Source: Myxococcales bacterium (GTDB taxonomy: Bacteria > Myxococcota_A > Polyangia > Polyangiales > Houyiibacteriaceae). Taken from it: a stretch of DNA of 64,000 nt. Positions 36,207 through 45,211 of this stretch are shown one piece after another. The position numbers were made by a program, and so were the translations under genes. Where the stretch lies: positions 1,315 to 65,314 of the forward strand of contig JAHEEE010000014.1 of the NCBI GenBank assembly GCA_024640845.1, in the 5' to 3' direction. The notes under the pieces were generated by a model that was given only the letters and a program-made list of their open reading frames with translations, was not told where the DNA came from and ran no database searches. Each line of letters starts with the position of its first letter. Position 1 is the stretch's first letter.

Positions 36207-36212
36207 GACGCG

Positions 36213-36515
36213 ATGGGTATCGGCACCTATTTGGCGTTGGCCTCCGTCTTGTTCGGCATCGGCGCCGCGGGCTTTCTGGTTCGGCGCAACATGCTGATCC
36301 AGCTCATGTCGATCGAGCTGATGCTCAACTCCGTCAACGTCGTACTGCTCGCATTCAATCGCGCCCATCCGGGCAATCACGACGGTCAGCTGTTCGCGTT
36401 CTTCGTCATCGCCGTGGCCGCCGCCGAGCTCGTCATCGGCCTGTCGATCCTCATCGCGTACTACCGAATCAAGAAGACCCTCGATACTGACGACGCGACA
36501 CTGCTGAAGTATTAG
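36213..36515 (+). CDS. nuoK: NADH-quinone oxidoreductase subunit K
   Basis: 100 aa, three TM helices, MSIELMLNSVN motif. Confidence 0.9.
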   Translation: MGIGTYLALASVLFGIGAAGFLVRRNMLIQLMSIELMLNSVNVVLLAFNRAHPGNHDGQLFAFFVIAVAAAELVIGLSILIAYYRIKKTLDTDDATLLKY

Positions 36516-36518
36516 ACC

Positions 36519-39134
36519 ATGCACCCAGAAACGACTCAGCAGCTCATGCTCCTCTTGATCATCCTGTTTCCGCTGGGTGGGGCGGTCTTCAATGGTTTGG
36601 CGGGGCGATATCTGCCGAAGGGCCTCGTCACGCTCGTTGCGGTCGGCTCCGTCGCGGTTTCATTCGTACTTGCGGTCTTGTCCTTCATCGAGCTCTACGG
36701 GTTGAGCCACGATCACGGTGCCGGTCACGCTGCCCTGGTCTACCACTTTTACGAGTGGTTCTCGGTCAAGATCCCCGGCGGCACGGTCGTTCCGATCGAC
36801 GTCCGGTTCACGATGGACTCGCTTAGCGGCGTCATGACCTTGGTCGTGACGGGCGTCGGCGGCCTGATCCACATGTACAGCGTCGGCTACATGGGCGAGG
36901 ACGAGGGCTATCCGAGGTTCATGAGCTTCTTGAACCTCTTCATGGCCTCGATGTTGATTCTCGTTCTTGGGAGCAGCGTGCCGGTCATGTTCATCGGCTG
37001 GGAGGGCGTCGGGCTCTGCTCCTATCTCCTGATCGGTTTCTGGTACGAGAACCGCGACTACGCTGCTGCCGGTCGCAAGGCCTTCGTCGTCAACAGGATC
37101 GGCGATTTCGGTGTCCTGATCGGGATGTTCATCTTGGTCGGAGTTGCCGGCTCATTCGAGTTCGCCGACATCAATCAGGCGGCCGTCAATGGCCAGTTCC
37201 AAGGCGACTTCCCGATTTGGCTATTCGGGATGGCACCGAGCCTGGCCACCGTCGCCTGCCTTTTTCTCTTTCTCGGGTGCACCGGCAAGAGCGCCCAGAT
37301 TCCGCTCTACGTCTGGCTCCCGGACGCGATGGCCGGCCCCACGCCGGTCTCCGCCCTCATCCATGCCGCGACGATGGTCACGGCTGGCGTGTACCTTTGC
37401 TGCCGGCTCTCGCCGCTCTTCATCACATCGGATGTCGCCATGTCGGTCATAGCCGTCACTGGCACGCTCACTGCGCTGCTCGCGGCTTCGATCGCGGTCG
37501 TTCAGCGAGAGATGAAGAAGATCCTGGCGTACTCCACCGTCAGCCAGCTCGGTTTCATGTTTGCCGCGGTTGGCGTCGGCTTCTTCGCTGCCGGCTTCTT
37601 CCACGTCTTCACGCATGCGTTCTTCAAGGCGTGCCTCTTCCTCGGTGCCGGTTCCGTGATGCACGCAGTGCACGCGCACGGCGACGCCGACATCTTCAAG
37701 CTTGGCGGGATGCGGAAGTACATGCCCACCACGCGCTGGACGTTCCTCGCGAGCTGCCTCGCGATCGCCGGCTTTCCGCTCACCAGCGGCTTCTTTTCGA
37801 AAGACGAGATACTCCTCGGCGCCGCGGCGCAGATTTATCGTGGCGACGACCCGCTGATCCACGGTGTCGGCTGGTTCGTGCTCATCGGGCTCACCCTCGC
37901 CGCCGTGATGACCGCGTTCTACATGTTCCGCCTCTACTTCCTCACCTTCACCGGGGAGTACAGGAGCGCCGATCAATCCGGCGCCCACCCATACGACGCT
38001 CATCCGCACGAATCTCCCGCAAGCATGACGATCCCGCTCATGGTGCTCGGCACGGGTGCGCTGGTCGTGGGCTTCTTGGGCCTCCCCCACGTCCTGCCCA
38101 TCACAGGCACACACCTCGACCAGTGGAGTTGGTGGGGGCACTGGATGCACAGCTCGGTCGCGGGCCAGCCCGTTCCCGAGGAGCTGCACATCGTGAATCT
38201 CGCATCTGGACTGGCATTCGGGGCGATGGCGATCGGGATCAGCGCGGCCTGGGTCCTCTATCGCAATAAGAGCGAGGACTTGCTGCAACAGAAAATACCG
38301 GCGCGCCTCTATCAGCTCGCCTTCGACAAGTGGCGCGTGGATGAGCTCTACGCCGCGACCATCGTCAACCCAATCAAGAAGGTGGCTACCGTCGCCGGCC
38401 ACGCGGACATGACGTTCGTGGACGCACTCATGACGAAGTTGCCGAGCTTCAATGTGCGCGAGAGCGGTCGAGTGCTCGCCCGGATGCAAAACGGCGTCGT
38501 GCAGATGTACGGAGCCGTCATGATCGTCGGCCTGGTCGGAGTGATGGCCTGGTATTGGACGCCGCACTCCAGCATCCAAGCCGAGTTCGACGGCAAGAGC
38601 GTGGCGCTTTCCACGCCGCCGGGGCTTGGTTACGAGTACCGCTGGGACGCGAACTCGGACGGCGATTTCGAGACTGAGTGGAGCGGCACCCCGAGCACGT
38701 CGTTCGAGTACGGGGACGACGACATTCGCGGGGTCGCAGTCTTCATCATCAACAGTCAGTCCGGCGCCACCAAACGCGTCGAGGTCGGCGAGGAGTGGGT
38801 TTCGCTGCCGCTCGAGTCGGTCATTCCGGCGGAGTTCATCTCGGCGCAGGACAGCGGCTTCGAAGTTCGCGTGGACGGGCGAGATATCTTGTTCCGCAAG
38901 CCGTTCGCTCGCACCAAGGGAATGGGGAGCAAGGAAATTCGGCTTCCGATGGGAAGCCATGGCCGCCTCGGGTCAGCGCGCGTAGTCGGCCGTCCGCTCG
39001 TCGAGGCCACCCTCGAGGTCCGCAACGCATTCGGAAACGCACGAGTCACCACCAAGGAAATCGCCTTGCCGTTCGACACGGAATCTCCCGCTCACGCTTC
39101 GCTGACGCGACCTCGGGATGAGGTGTTCCGATGA
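36519..39134 (+). CDS. nuoL: NADH-quinone oxidoreductase subunit L with a ~190-aa C-terminal soluble extension
   Basis: 871 aa with a canonical ND5 core (WEGVGLCSYLLIGFW, SAQIPLYVWLPDAMAGPTPVSALIHAATMV). After the last TM helix (…VGLVGVMAWYW) a hydrophilic domain continues to the stop. That stop overlaps the nuoM ATG. Confidence 0.9.
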   Translation: MHPETTQQLMLLLIILFPLGGAVFNGLAGRYLPKGLVTLVAVGSVAVSFVLAVLSFIELYGLSHDHGAGHAALVYHFYEWFSVKIPGGTVVPIDVRFTMDSLSGVMTLVVTGVGGLIHMYSVGYMGEDEGYPRFMSFLNLFMASMLILVLGSSVPVMFIGWEGVGLCSYLLIGFWYENRDYAAAGRKAFVVNRIGDFGVLIGMFILVGVAGSFEFADINQAAVNGQFQGDFPIWLFGMAPSLATVACLFLFLGCTGKSAQIPLYVWLPDAMAGPTPVSALIHAATMVTAGVYLCCRLSPLFITSDVAMSVIAVTGTLTALLAASIAVVQREMKKILAYSTVSQLGFMFAAVGVGFFAAGFFHVFTHAFFKACLFLGAGSVMHAVHAHGDADIFKLGGMRKYMPTTRWTFLASCLAIAGFPLTSGFFSKDEILLGAAAQIYRGDDPLIHGVGWFVLIGLTLAAVMTAFYMFRLYFLTFTGEYRSADQSGAHPYDAHPHESPASMTIPLMVLGTGALVVGFLGLPHVLPITGTHLDQWSWWGHWMHSSVAGQPVPEELHIVNLASGLAFGAMAIGISAAWVLYRNKSEDLLQQKIPARLYQLAFDKWRVDELYAATIVNPIKKVATVAGHADMTFVDALMTKLPSFNVRESGRVLARMQNGVVQMYGAVMIVGLVGVMAWYWTPHSSIQAEFDGKSVALSTPPGLGYEYRWDANSDGDFETEWSGTPSTSFEYGDDDIRGVAVFIINSQSGATKRVEVGEEWVSLPLESVIPAEFISAQDSGFEVRVDGRDILFRKPFARTKGMGSKEIRLPMGSHGRLGSARVVGRPLVEATLEVRNAFGNARVTTKEIALPFDTESPAHASLTRPRDEVFR

Positions 39135-40759
39135 ACACCCAGATTCTCACGTGGCTCCTTGCGGTTCCAGCGGTCGCCGCGCTCGTGATTCTCGCTTTTC
39201 CTCGGTCTTGGGAGACCGGGATCCGCCGCTTCTCCGTGGCGGCGATGCTGGTCGAGCTCGTCCTGAGCCTCCGCCTAGTGTTCGCCGACTACTCGGGTGC
39301 GGGATACAACTTCGTCGAGCATATCGCCTGGGTCGAGTCCTTCGGGATCTCTTACAAGCTCGGCGTCGATGGGTTTTCGTTGTGGCTCGTCGTTCTGACG
39401 ACCGCGCTGTCCCCGGTTGCGCTTTATGCGTCTTGGGGCAGCGTCACGAAGAGCATCAAGGAGTACGCGTTTTCGTTCTTGCTCCTCGAACTTGGGATGC
39501 TCGGCGCATTCCTCGCGCTCGATCTCTTCCTCTTCTACGTATTCTGGGAGCTGATGCTCGTGCCGATGTACCTCATCATCGGCGTCTGGGGTGGGAAGGA
39601 CCGCGTCTACGCGGCCGTGAAGTTCTTCATCTACACGATGGTCGGCAGCCTCTTGATGCTGGTCGCCGTTCTCTACGTCGTTTCTAGCTACGAGCAGCTC
39701 GCGGGCCACTACACGTTTGACCTGCAGGAGTTGTCGAATCTGGTCCTGCCCGCGCTCCCGCAATATCTCTGTTTCTCGGCCTTTGCGCTCGCTTTTGCGA
39801 TCAAAGTCCCGATGTTCCCCTTCCACACCTGGTTGCCCGATGCGCACGTACAGGCCCCGACTGGCGGTTCTGTCATTCTCGCGGCGGTGTTGCTGAAGCT
39901 CGGCATCTACGGGTTCATCCGGTTCGCGATGCCGCTCTTCCCGGTCGCCAGTCAGGCGCTCGGTCCCGTCCTTGCGGGCCTCGGCATCGTCGGAATCATC
40001 TATGGCGCGTACACGGCCTGGGTTCAGCGCGACCTCAAGAAGCTCATCGCGTACAGCTCGGTGAGCCACATGGGCTTCATCCTGCTCGGCCTCTTTGCGA
40101 TGAACCGCACCGGAATCTCGGGCGCCATGCTGCAGATGATCAACCACGGCATCTCGACTGGCGCGCTCTTCCTTCTAGTCGGCGTCATTTACGACCGCCG
40201 ACACACTCGCATGCTCGACGATTTTGGCGGCCTCGCGAAGGTGATGCCCCGCTACACGCTCTTCTTCCTCATCATCACCATGAGCTCGATCGGCCTGCCG
40301 GGCACCAACGGTTTCATCGGCGAGTTCATGGCGCTGGCTGGTACCTTCTTCTCCCGCACGCCGATAGGGTTTGGTTCCTCGTGGTTCATCATGACCCTGC
40401 TCGCCACGACAGGCGTGATCTTCGCCGCAGTCTACATGCTCCACGCCGTGCTCCGCATGTTCTGGGGCAAGGTCACACACGAAGAAAACGAGTCTCTTCC
40501 GGACATCAATTCCCGCGAAACCCTCGCAGTGCTCCCGCTCGTCGTGATGGTCTTCTGGATCGGTCTCTACCCCAAGTTCTTCCTCGACAAGATGAACCCC
40601 GCAGTCGACTCCTTCGTGACCGACTTCACCGTGCGATACTACGAAGGTCGCCGAACCTCCGAAGCGCGCTTGGTCGATTTCGATGAGCTCAAAGCGCGAC
40701 TCGAGGCCGCCGGCGAGCTTGCGATGACAGAGCGATCCGAAGAGGAGGCGCGACGATGA
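39131..40759 (+). CDS. nuoM: NADH-quinone oxidoreductase subunit M
   Basis: 542 aa; FPFHTWLPDAHVQAPTGGSVILAAVLLKLG motif. Confidence 0.9.
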   Translation: MNTQILTWLLAVPAVAALVILAFPRSWETGIRRFSVAAMLVELVLSLRLVFADYSGAGYNFVEHIAWVESFGISYKLGVDGFSLWLVVLTTALSPVALYASWGSVTKSIKEYAFSFLLLELGMLGAFLALDLFLFYVFWELMLVPMYLIIGVWGGKDRVYAAVKFFIYTMVGSLLMLVAVLYVVSSYEQLAGHYTFDLQELSNLVLPALPQYLCFSAFALAFAIKVPMFPFHTWLPDAHVQAPTGGSVILAAVLLKLGIYGFIRFAMPLFPVASQALGPVLAGLGIVGIIYGAYTAWVQRDLKKLIAYSSVSHMGFILLGLFAMNRTGISGAMLQMINHGISTGALFLLVGVIYDRRHTRMLDDFGGLAKVMPRYTLFFLIITMSSIGLPGTNGFIGEFMALAGTFFSRTPIGFGSSWFIMTLLATTGVIFAAVYMLHAVLRMFWGKVTHEENESLPDINSRETLAVLPLVVMVFWIGLYPKFFLDKMNPAVDSFVTDFTVRYYEGRRTSEARLVDFDELKARLEAAGELAMTERSEEEARR

Positions 40760-42237
40760 GCGCCCTAATCGGAGTGTCGCCTCTATTATTACTGGTTGCC
40801 GCTGGGCTCAGCATCATGGTGATCGACGCATTCGCCGAGGATCGCACCGAGCTGGCGCTCGTGACGGCGGCCTCGCTGTTCGTCGCCGCGGCCGTGGCGG
40901 GCGTGCTGATGTTGGGCGATGACATCACGACCGCGCCCGAGCTCGTGACGCGCTACCTCGCGGTCGATCGGATGGGGCTCTTCTTCGACGTGGTCATTTG
41001 CGCCGGCGCAGGACTCTCGACGTTGATAGCCGGTGCGTACCTGCGCGAGCATGGTTTCGAGCGAGGCGAATTCTACGTCCTGGTGATCTTCACTGCGTTC
41101 GGCGCCATGGTGCTCGCGCGCGCGGTCGACCTCTTGAGCATCTTTCTCGGTCTCGAGACGATGTCCCTCGGCGCCTATGCACTCGTGGCCTATCGGCGGA
41201 CGAGCGCTCGCGCAGTCGAAGCAGCGGTGAAGTACTTCCTGCTCGGTTCCTTTGCCGCAGCGATTCTGCTCTTCGGTAGCGCCTTGCTGTATGGGGCGAC
41301 GGGACACACGGATCTGCTCGGCATTCAGCAGTCGGTCGCCGCGGGCGCAGCCGACCCAGTGCTAACTATCTTCGCGCTCATGATGCTCGTGGTCGGGTTG
41401 GCCTTCAAGGTCGGCGCCGTGCCATTCCACATGTGGGTCCCCGACGCCTACGAAGGCGCGGCCACACCTGTCACGACTTTCATGTCCGTCGTGGTCAAGG
41501 CGGCTGCAGTTGCAGTGTTGATCCGGGTCCTGATTGGGGCGTTTGGAGACCAATCGACCATGGGGCTCTACACTGGGTGGACCCCCGTCATCATCATCCT
41601 CGCGGTCATCTCGATGGTGTACGGGAACCTCGCCGCGATCGCACAGAGCAGCGTCAAGCGTATGCTCGCCTACTCATCCATCGCGCACGCGGGCTACATC
41701 CTCGTCGGGATTGCCGCCGCCTCCGAAGTCGGCACGTTCGCCGTGAGCGCGGTGCTCTACTACATGGCGGCCTATACGTTCTCCAACGTCCTGGCCTTCG
41801 GCTCGCTGATTCTCATGGGCTCGAAGGGCAAAGAGGCAGTGAGCTATGCCGACCTCGCCGGCGCGGGGCGTCGCCACCCGATGGCCGCTTTCCCATTCGT
41901 CATCGGCGTACTTTCATTGCTCGGCCTGCCGCCGACTGCGGGCTTCTTCGGCAAGTACTACGTGTTTAGCGCTGCCGTTCAGGCCGGTGGGCCGATGGTA
42001 TGGATCGCCGTTCTCGGCGTTCTCGCGAGCGTGATAGGCGCCTACTACTATCTCAAGGTCATCGTCTACCTCTTCATGAAAGAGCCCGAAGAAGACGCCC
42101 CCATCGCGGTGCCGATGCAGTCCTGGTACGTGGTGGTCGCGCTGATCGTCGCCGGCTACTACGTCATGAAGCTCGGGATCTTCCCCAGCCAGTATCTCGA
42201 TTGGGCCGTGGCCGCTGCCGCGGGCGTCATCGGCTAG
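40756..42237 (+). CDS. nuoN: NADH-quinone oxidoreductase subunit N
   Basis: 493 aa; VPFHMWVPDAYEGAATPVTTFMS motif; ATGA overlap with nuoM. Confidence 0.9.
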   Translation: MSALIGVSPLLLLVAAGLSIMVIDAFAEDRTELALVTAASLFVAAAVAGVLMLGDDITTAPELVTRYLAVDRMGLFFDVVICAGAGLSTLIAGAYLREHGFERGEFYVLVIFTAFGAMVLARAVDLLSIFLGLETMSLGAYALVAYRRTSARAVEAAVKYFLLGSFAAAILLFGSALLYGATGHTDLLGIQQSVAAGAADPVLTIFALMMLVVGLAFKVGAVPFHMWVPDAYEGAATPVTTFMSVVVKAAAVAVLIRVLIGAFGDQSTMGLYTGWTPVIIILAVISMVYGNLAAIAQSSVKRMLAYSSIAHAGYILVGIAAASEVGTFAVSAVLYYMAAYTFSNVLAFGSLILMGSKGKEAVSYADLAGAGRRHPMAAFPFVIGVLSLLGLPPTAGFFGKYYVFSAAVQAGGPMVWIAVLGVLASVIGAYYYLKVIVYLFMKEPEEDAPIAVPMQSWYVVVALIVAGYYVMKLGIFPSQYLDWAVAAAAGVIG

Positions 42238-43733
42238 CTGGCGCGCCCCAAGCGGTCTCCCGGACGCACCAACGAGCGGCGAGGGCGACCCTTCGGTAGG
42301 GCATCGAACGCGCGCTTCCAGTCGGCAAAGCGGCCGCCGGCTTGGACCGCGTCGAGCACGGCCCTGCCTTCGGCCCTTCCGCCTTGTGCCAAGACGTACT
42401 CGACCCAGGCCCAGCGCGCGCTCGTCGCACGGACGTCTACCCGCCCGCGGACACCGCGCCTCAGTCGCTTGAGCCTGGCCTCGACCAATGGCATCCCCGC
42501 GAAGGGCGCGCCATCGAGCGGGGTGTTTCGTTTGGCGACGAACGGCGCCACCCCAAGCGACAGCGGGATGATCGAGGAAAGCTCCTTGGCGAACGAAATG
42601 AGCTCGTCGATGTCGTCGTCGGTTTCGCTCGGGAGGCCGACCATCGCGTAGAGCTTCAGACGCTTCATTCCGTGTTTGCGTGCAAGCTGCGCTGCGTTTC
42701 GCAGCTGTGCCTCGCTGGTGCGTCTCTGAATGACTTCCCGCATCCGCTGGCTCGTGCCGTCGCTGGCCGTGGTCAGAACGCGATGACCACCTCGGCGGAG
42801 CGCCGCAACGAGCTCGTCCGTGAGTCGGTCTGCTCGAAGCGACGAGAGCCCCACCTCCCGTCCCGAGTCTGCTAGGGCATTCACGATGTCGACGATCTGC
42901 GGGTGATCGGTCGTCGCGGCGCCGACCAGGCCGACGCGCCGGGCGTGATCGGGAACCAACGACAGAACCCGTTCCTTCTTGACGATTCGCATCCCGTCGT
43001 TGGTCGACCTCCGCATGACGCAGTACGTGCAGCCCCGGTGGCAGCCCCGCTCGGGCTCGATCAAGAACATGTTCCTGAGCTCGGTGTGCGGCGTGATGAT
43101 CTGCGAGAACGCCGGAAGGTGCTCGTCGCTCGCCTTGTCGATCGGTGGAAGCAGGTTGCCATCGAGGCTCGGGACGAACACGTGAGGGTGCTCCGAGAGC
43201 TCGTGGAGTGCGCCGTCCCGCGACTCCGATTCGAAGATTGTGCCGAGGACTTCGTGAATGGACTGGTCTGCCTCGCCCATGAGCACGGCGTCGACGAACG
43301 GAGCCAGAGGCAACGGGTTGCTGAATGTGAGTGGCCCCCCGGCAACGATGAGCGGGTGTCGCGAGGACCGCTCCTCCGCGAGCGGCGGGATTCCCGCGAG
43401 CTCGAGGACTTGAATCAGGCCGGCGACCTCCGTTTCGTATGCGACGGAGAACGCGAGCACCGAGTAGTCTGACACCGGCCGGAGCTTCTCGTAGGTGACG
43501 ATCGGCGCGCGCGACTGCCGCCATGCCTCGACATCGTCGGGCAGAAAGGCGCGATGTGCGGCGCGGCCGTCGACCGCATTGATCGACCGATAGATCGTCT
43601 GGTAGCCGAGCGATGACATCCCGACGTGGTAGGGGCTCGGGTACACCAACGCGATCGACTCCGGCGCGTCCTTGTCGATCCCGCCGACCTCGTCGCTCAG
43701 CCGCGCCAAGATCTCGCTCTTCAAATCCTTCAC
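42234..43733 (-). CDS. Radical SAM protein with an N-terminal B12-binding-like domain
   Basis: ERGCHRGCTYC carries the CxxxCxxC cluster motif; 499 aa. Confidence 0.85.
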   Translation of the reverse strand: MKDLKSEILARLSDEVGGIDKDAPESIALVYPSPYHVGMSSLGYQTIYRSINAVDGRAAHRAFLPDDVEAWRQSRAPIVTYEKLRPVSDYSVLAFSVAYETEVAGLIQVLELAGIPPLAEERSSRHPLIVAGGPLTFSNPLPLAPFVDAVLMGEADQSIHEVLGTIFESESRDGALHELSEHPHVFVPSLDGNLLPPIDKASDEHLPAFSQIITPHTELRNMFLIEPERGCHRGCTYCVMRRSTNDGMRIVKKERVLSLVPDHARRVGLVGAATTDHPQIVDIVNALADSGREVGLSSLRADRLTDELVAALRRGGHRVLTTASDGTSQRMREVIQRRTSEAQLRNAAQLARKHGMKRLKLYAMVGLPSETDDDIDELISFAKELSSIIPLSLGVAPFVAKRNTPLDGAPFAGMPLVEARLKRLRRGVRGRVDVRATSARWAWVEYVLAQGGRAEGRAVLDAVQAGGRFADWKRAFDALPKGRPRRSLVRPGDRLGRAS

Positions 43734-43742
43734 AGGAAGATT

Positions 43743-44477
43743 CTACTCGACCGCGCTGCCGATGCGGGACCACCGGATTCGTTCGAGCAAGGAACCGCGG
43801 GCGTTCTTCCAAGACATGTAGATGAAGAGTGTTTTGCCCTTGATTCGCGAGTTGGGGACCGCGCCGATCAGCGGGTTTCGGCTGTCGTTCGAGCTGTCGC
43901 GGTGGTCCCCGAGGACGTAGACGTGGCCTTCTGGAACCTCGATGGGCAGCCGGTCCAGCGGGAAGTCGTGCTTCGAGTGGCTGATGCGATGCGGGGTGTC
44001 ATCGAGTACTTCCTGGTAGACCCGACACGTGGGGTCGACGCTCCTCTGCTCCTCGGCGCCGCACGGGCCGATCTCTGAAGTCGGAAGCACCTCGCCATTA
44101 CGGGAGATTTTGCCGTCCCGAATGAGGATCTCGTCGCCGCCCACCCCGATGACCCGCTTCACGATGTCCTCGTTGTCGGCTGGGCTGTGAAGAATGATGA
44201 CGTCGCCCGGCTTGGGGCCACCCCAGTTCACGATCGCCTCGTGCGTAAATGGCAAAAAGAGCCCGAATGGATACTTTGCAACCACGACGCGGTCGCCGTC
44301 GAGCAGCGAAGGCTCCATCGATGGCCCGTCGATCGCAAATGCCTCGAAGAGGGTGATGCGGATGAACAATGCCAGCAGGAGTGCGCCGCCGATAGTCAGC
44401 AAATTCGATTTCCAGCCGTCGCCCTTCTTTTCTCTGCGCGCCCCTCTCGAAGCAGCTCTGTCTGGTTCTTTGCTCAT
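43743..44477 (-). CDS. lepB: Signal peptidase I
   Basis: GPSMEPSL, KRVIGVGGDEI and GDHRDSSNDSR motifs. Confidence 0.9.
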   Translation of the reverse strand: MSKEPDRAASRGARREKKGDGWKSNLLTIGGALLLALFIRITLFEAFAIDGPSMEPSLLDGDRVVVAKYPFGLFLPFTHEAIVNWGGPKPGDVIILHSPADNEDIVKRVIGVGGDEILIRDGKISRNGEVLPTSEIGPCGAEEQRSVDPTCRVYQEVLDDTPHRISHSKHDFPLDRLPIEVPEGHVYVLGDHRDSSNDSRNPLIGAVPNSRIKGKTLFIYMSWKNARGSLLERIRWSRIGSAVE

Positions 44478-44563
44478 TCGTAGGGCACTGTCGGCGAGCT
44501 GCGGGGCTGGCGACTTCGCTGGCGCGGACGCTAGTCTGCGGGTAGGGATGCGTCAAGCAAGCC

Positions 44564-45211
44564 ATGGCTATCCTCTGCATCGACACCGCGACGGCGGACG
44601 GCATCGTCGTTGTCGCGCGGCAAGACGGCAAGACGGCGGCCTCGCGTTGGCGGTCGTCGGGCCGCCACGGCGAGAATCTGTTCGGTCACATCGAGGTTGC
44701 GTTGGCCGAGGCAGTTGCGTCTCGCGAGGACATTTCCTTGATCGGCGTCAGCATCGGGCCAGGCGGGTTCACGAGCCTCAGAGTTGGCCTCGCAACCGCG
44801 AAGGGCCTCGCGCTTGGACTCGGCGTGCCCATCGTCGGGGTCAGCGAGCTTCGCGTCGTCGCGCGCTCGATCGAAGGGCCCCCGGGGATTGTGCGGGTCC
44901 CCGTGATGCAAGGGTATCGGGGGGACGTTTTCACAGCGGCCTACATCATCGATGGAGACGCCGTCGAAGAGATCGTGGCTCCGTGCTTCGGGCCCCCGGA
45001 CGAAATCCTTCCACGCGTGCGCGGCGCCGCGGGCCAGCGTCCGATCGTCGTCCATGATGACGCCGCGACGCCGGCAGCTCTGCTCGCCGAGGTGCGCCAC
45101 GTGCATCGAAGCGAGGGCCCTGCGGACCTTGCGCGACTCGAGCCCGCGTATCTTCGCGGGAGCGACGCCAAGCTACCGGAGCGTCCGCTACCGACTGGCC
45201 ACTCGAGCTAG
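44564..45211 (+). CDS. tsaB: tRNA t6A37 biosynthesis protein TsaB
   Basis: MAILCIDTATADGIV... and GVSIGPGGFTSLRVGLATAKGLA, typical of YeaZ/TsaB. Confidence 0.85.
   Translation: MAILCIDTATADGIVVVARQDGKTAASRWRSSGRHGENLFGHIEVALAEAVASREDISLIGVSIGPGGFTSLRVGLATAKGLALGLGVPIVGVSELRVVARSIEGPPGIVRVPVMQGYRGDVFTAAYIIDGDAVEEIVAPCFGPPDEILPRVRGAAGQRPIVVHDDAATPAALLAEVRHVHRSEGPADLARLEPAYLRGSDAKLPERPLPTGHSS

Noticed and set aside
35406-36524. 372-aa reverse-strand ORF
   Set aside because: It is antisense to nuoF/J/K, and its Asp/Arg/His-rich composition is not protein-like.
37221-38960. 579-aa reverse-strand ORF and 350-aa plus-strand alternative frame inside nuoL
   Set aside because: These are shadow ORFs opposite or out of frame to a gene with unmistakable ND5/NuoL motifs. 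They are Arg/His/Asp-rich and low in complexity.
41914-43812. 632-aa reverse-strand ORF, the longest alternative ORF in the region
   Set aside because: Its composition is extremely Arg/Gly/Pro/Ala-rich, typical of an off-frame reading in high-GC DNA. It overlaps both nuoN and the well-supported radical SAM gene (CxxxCxxC, frame 42234-43733).
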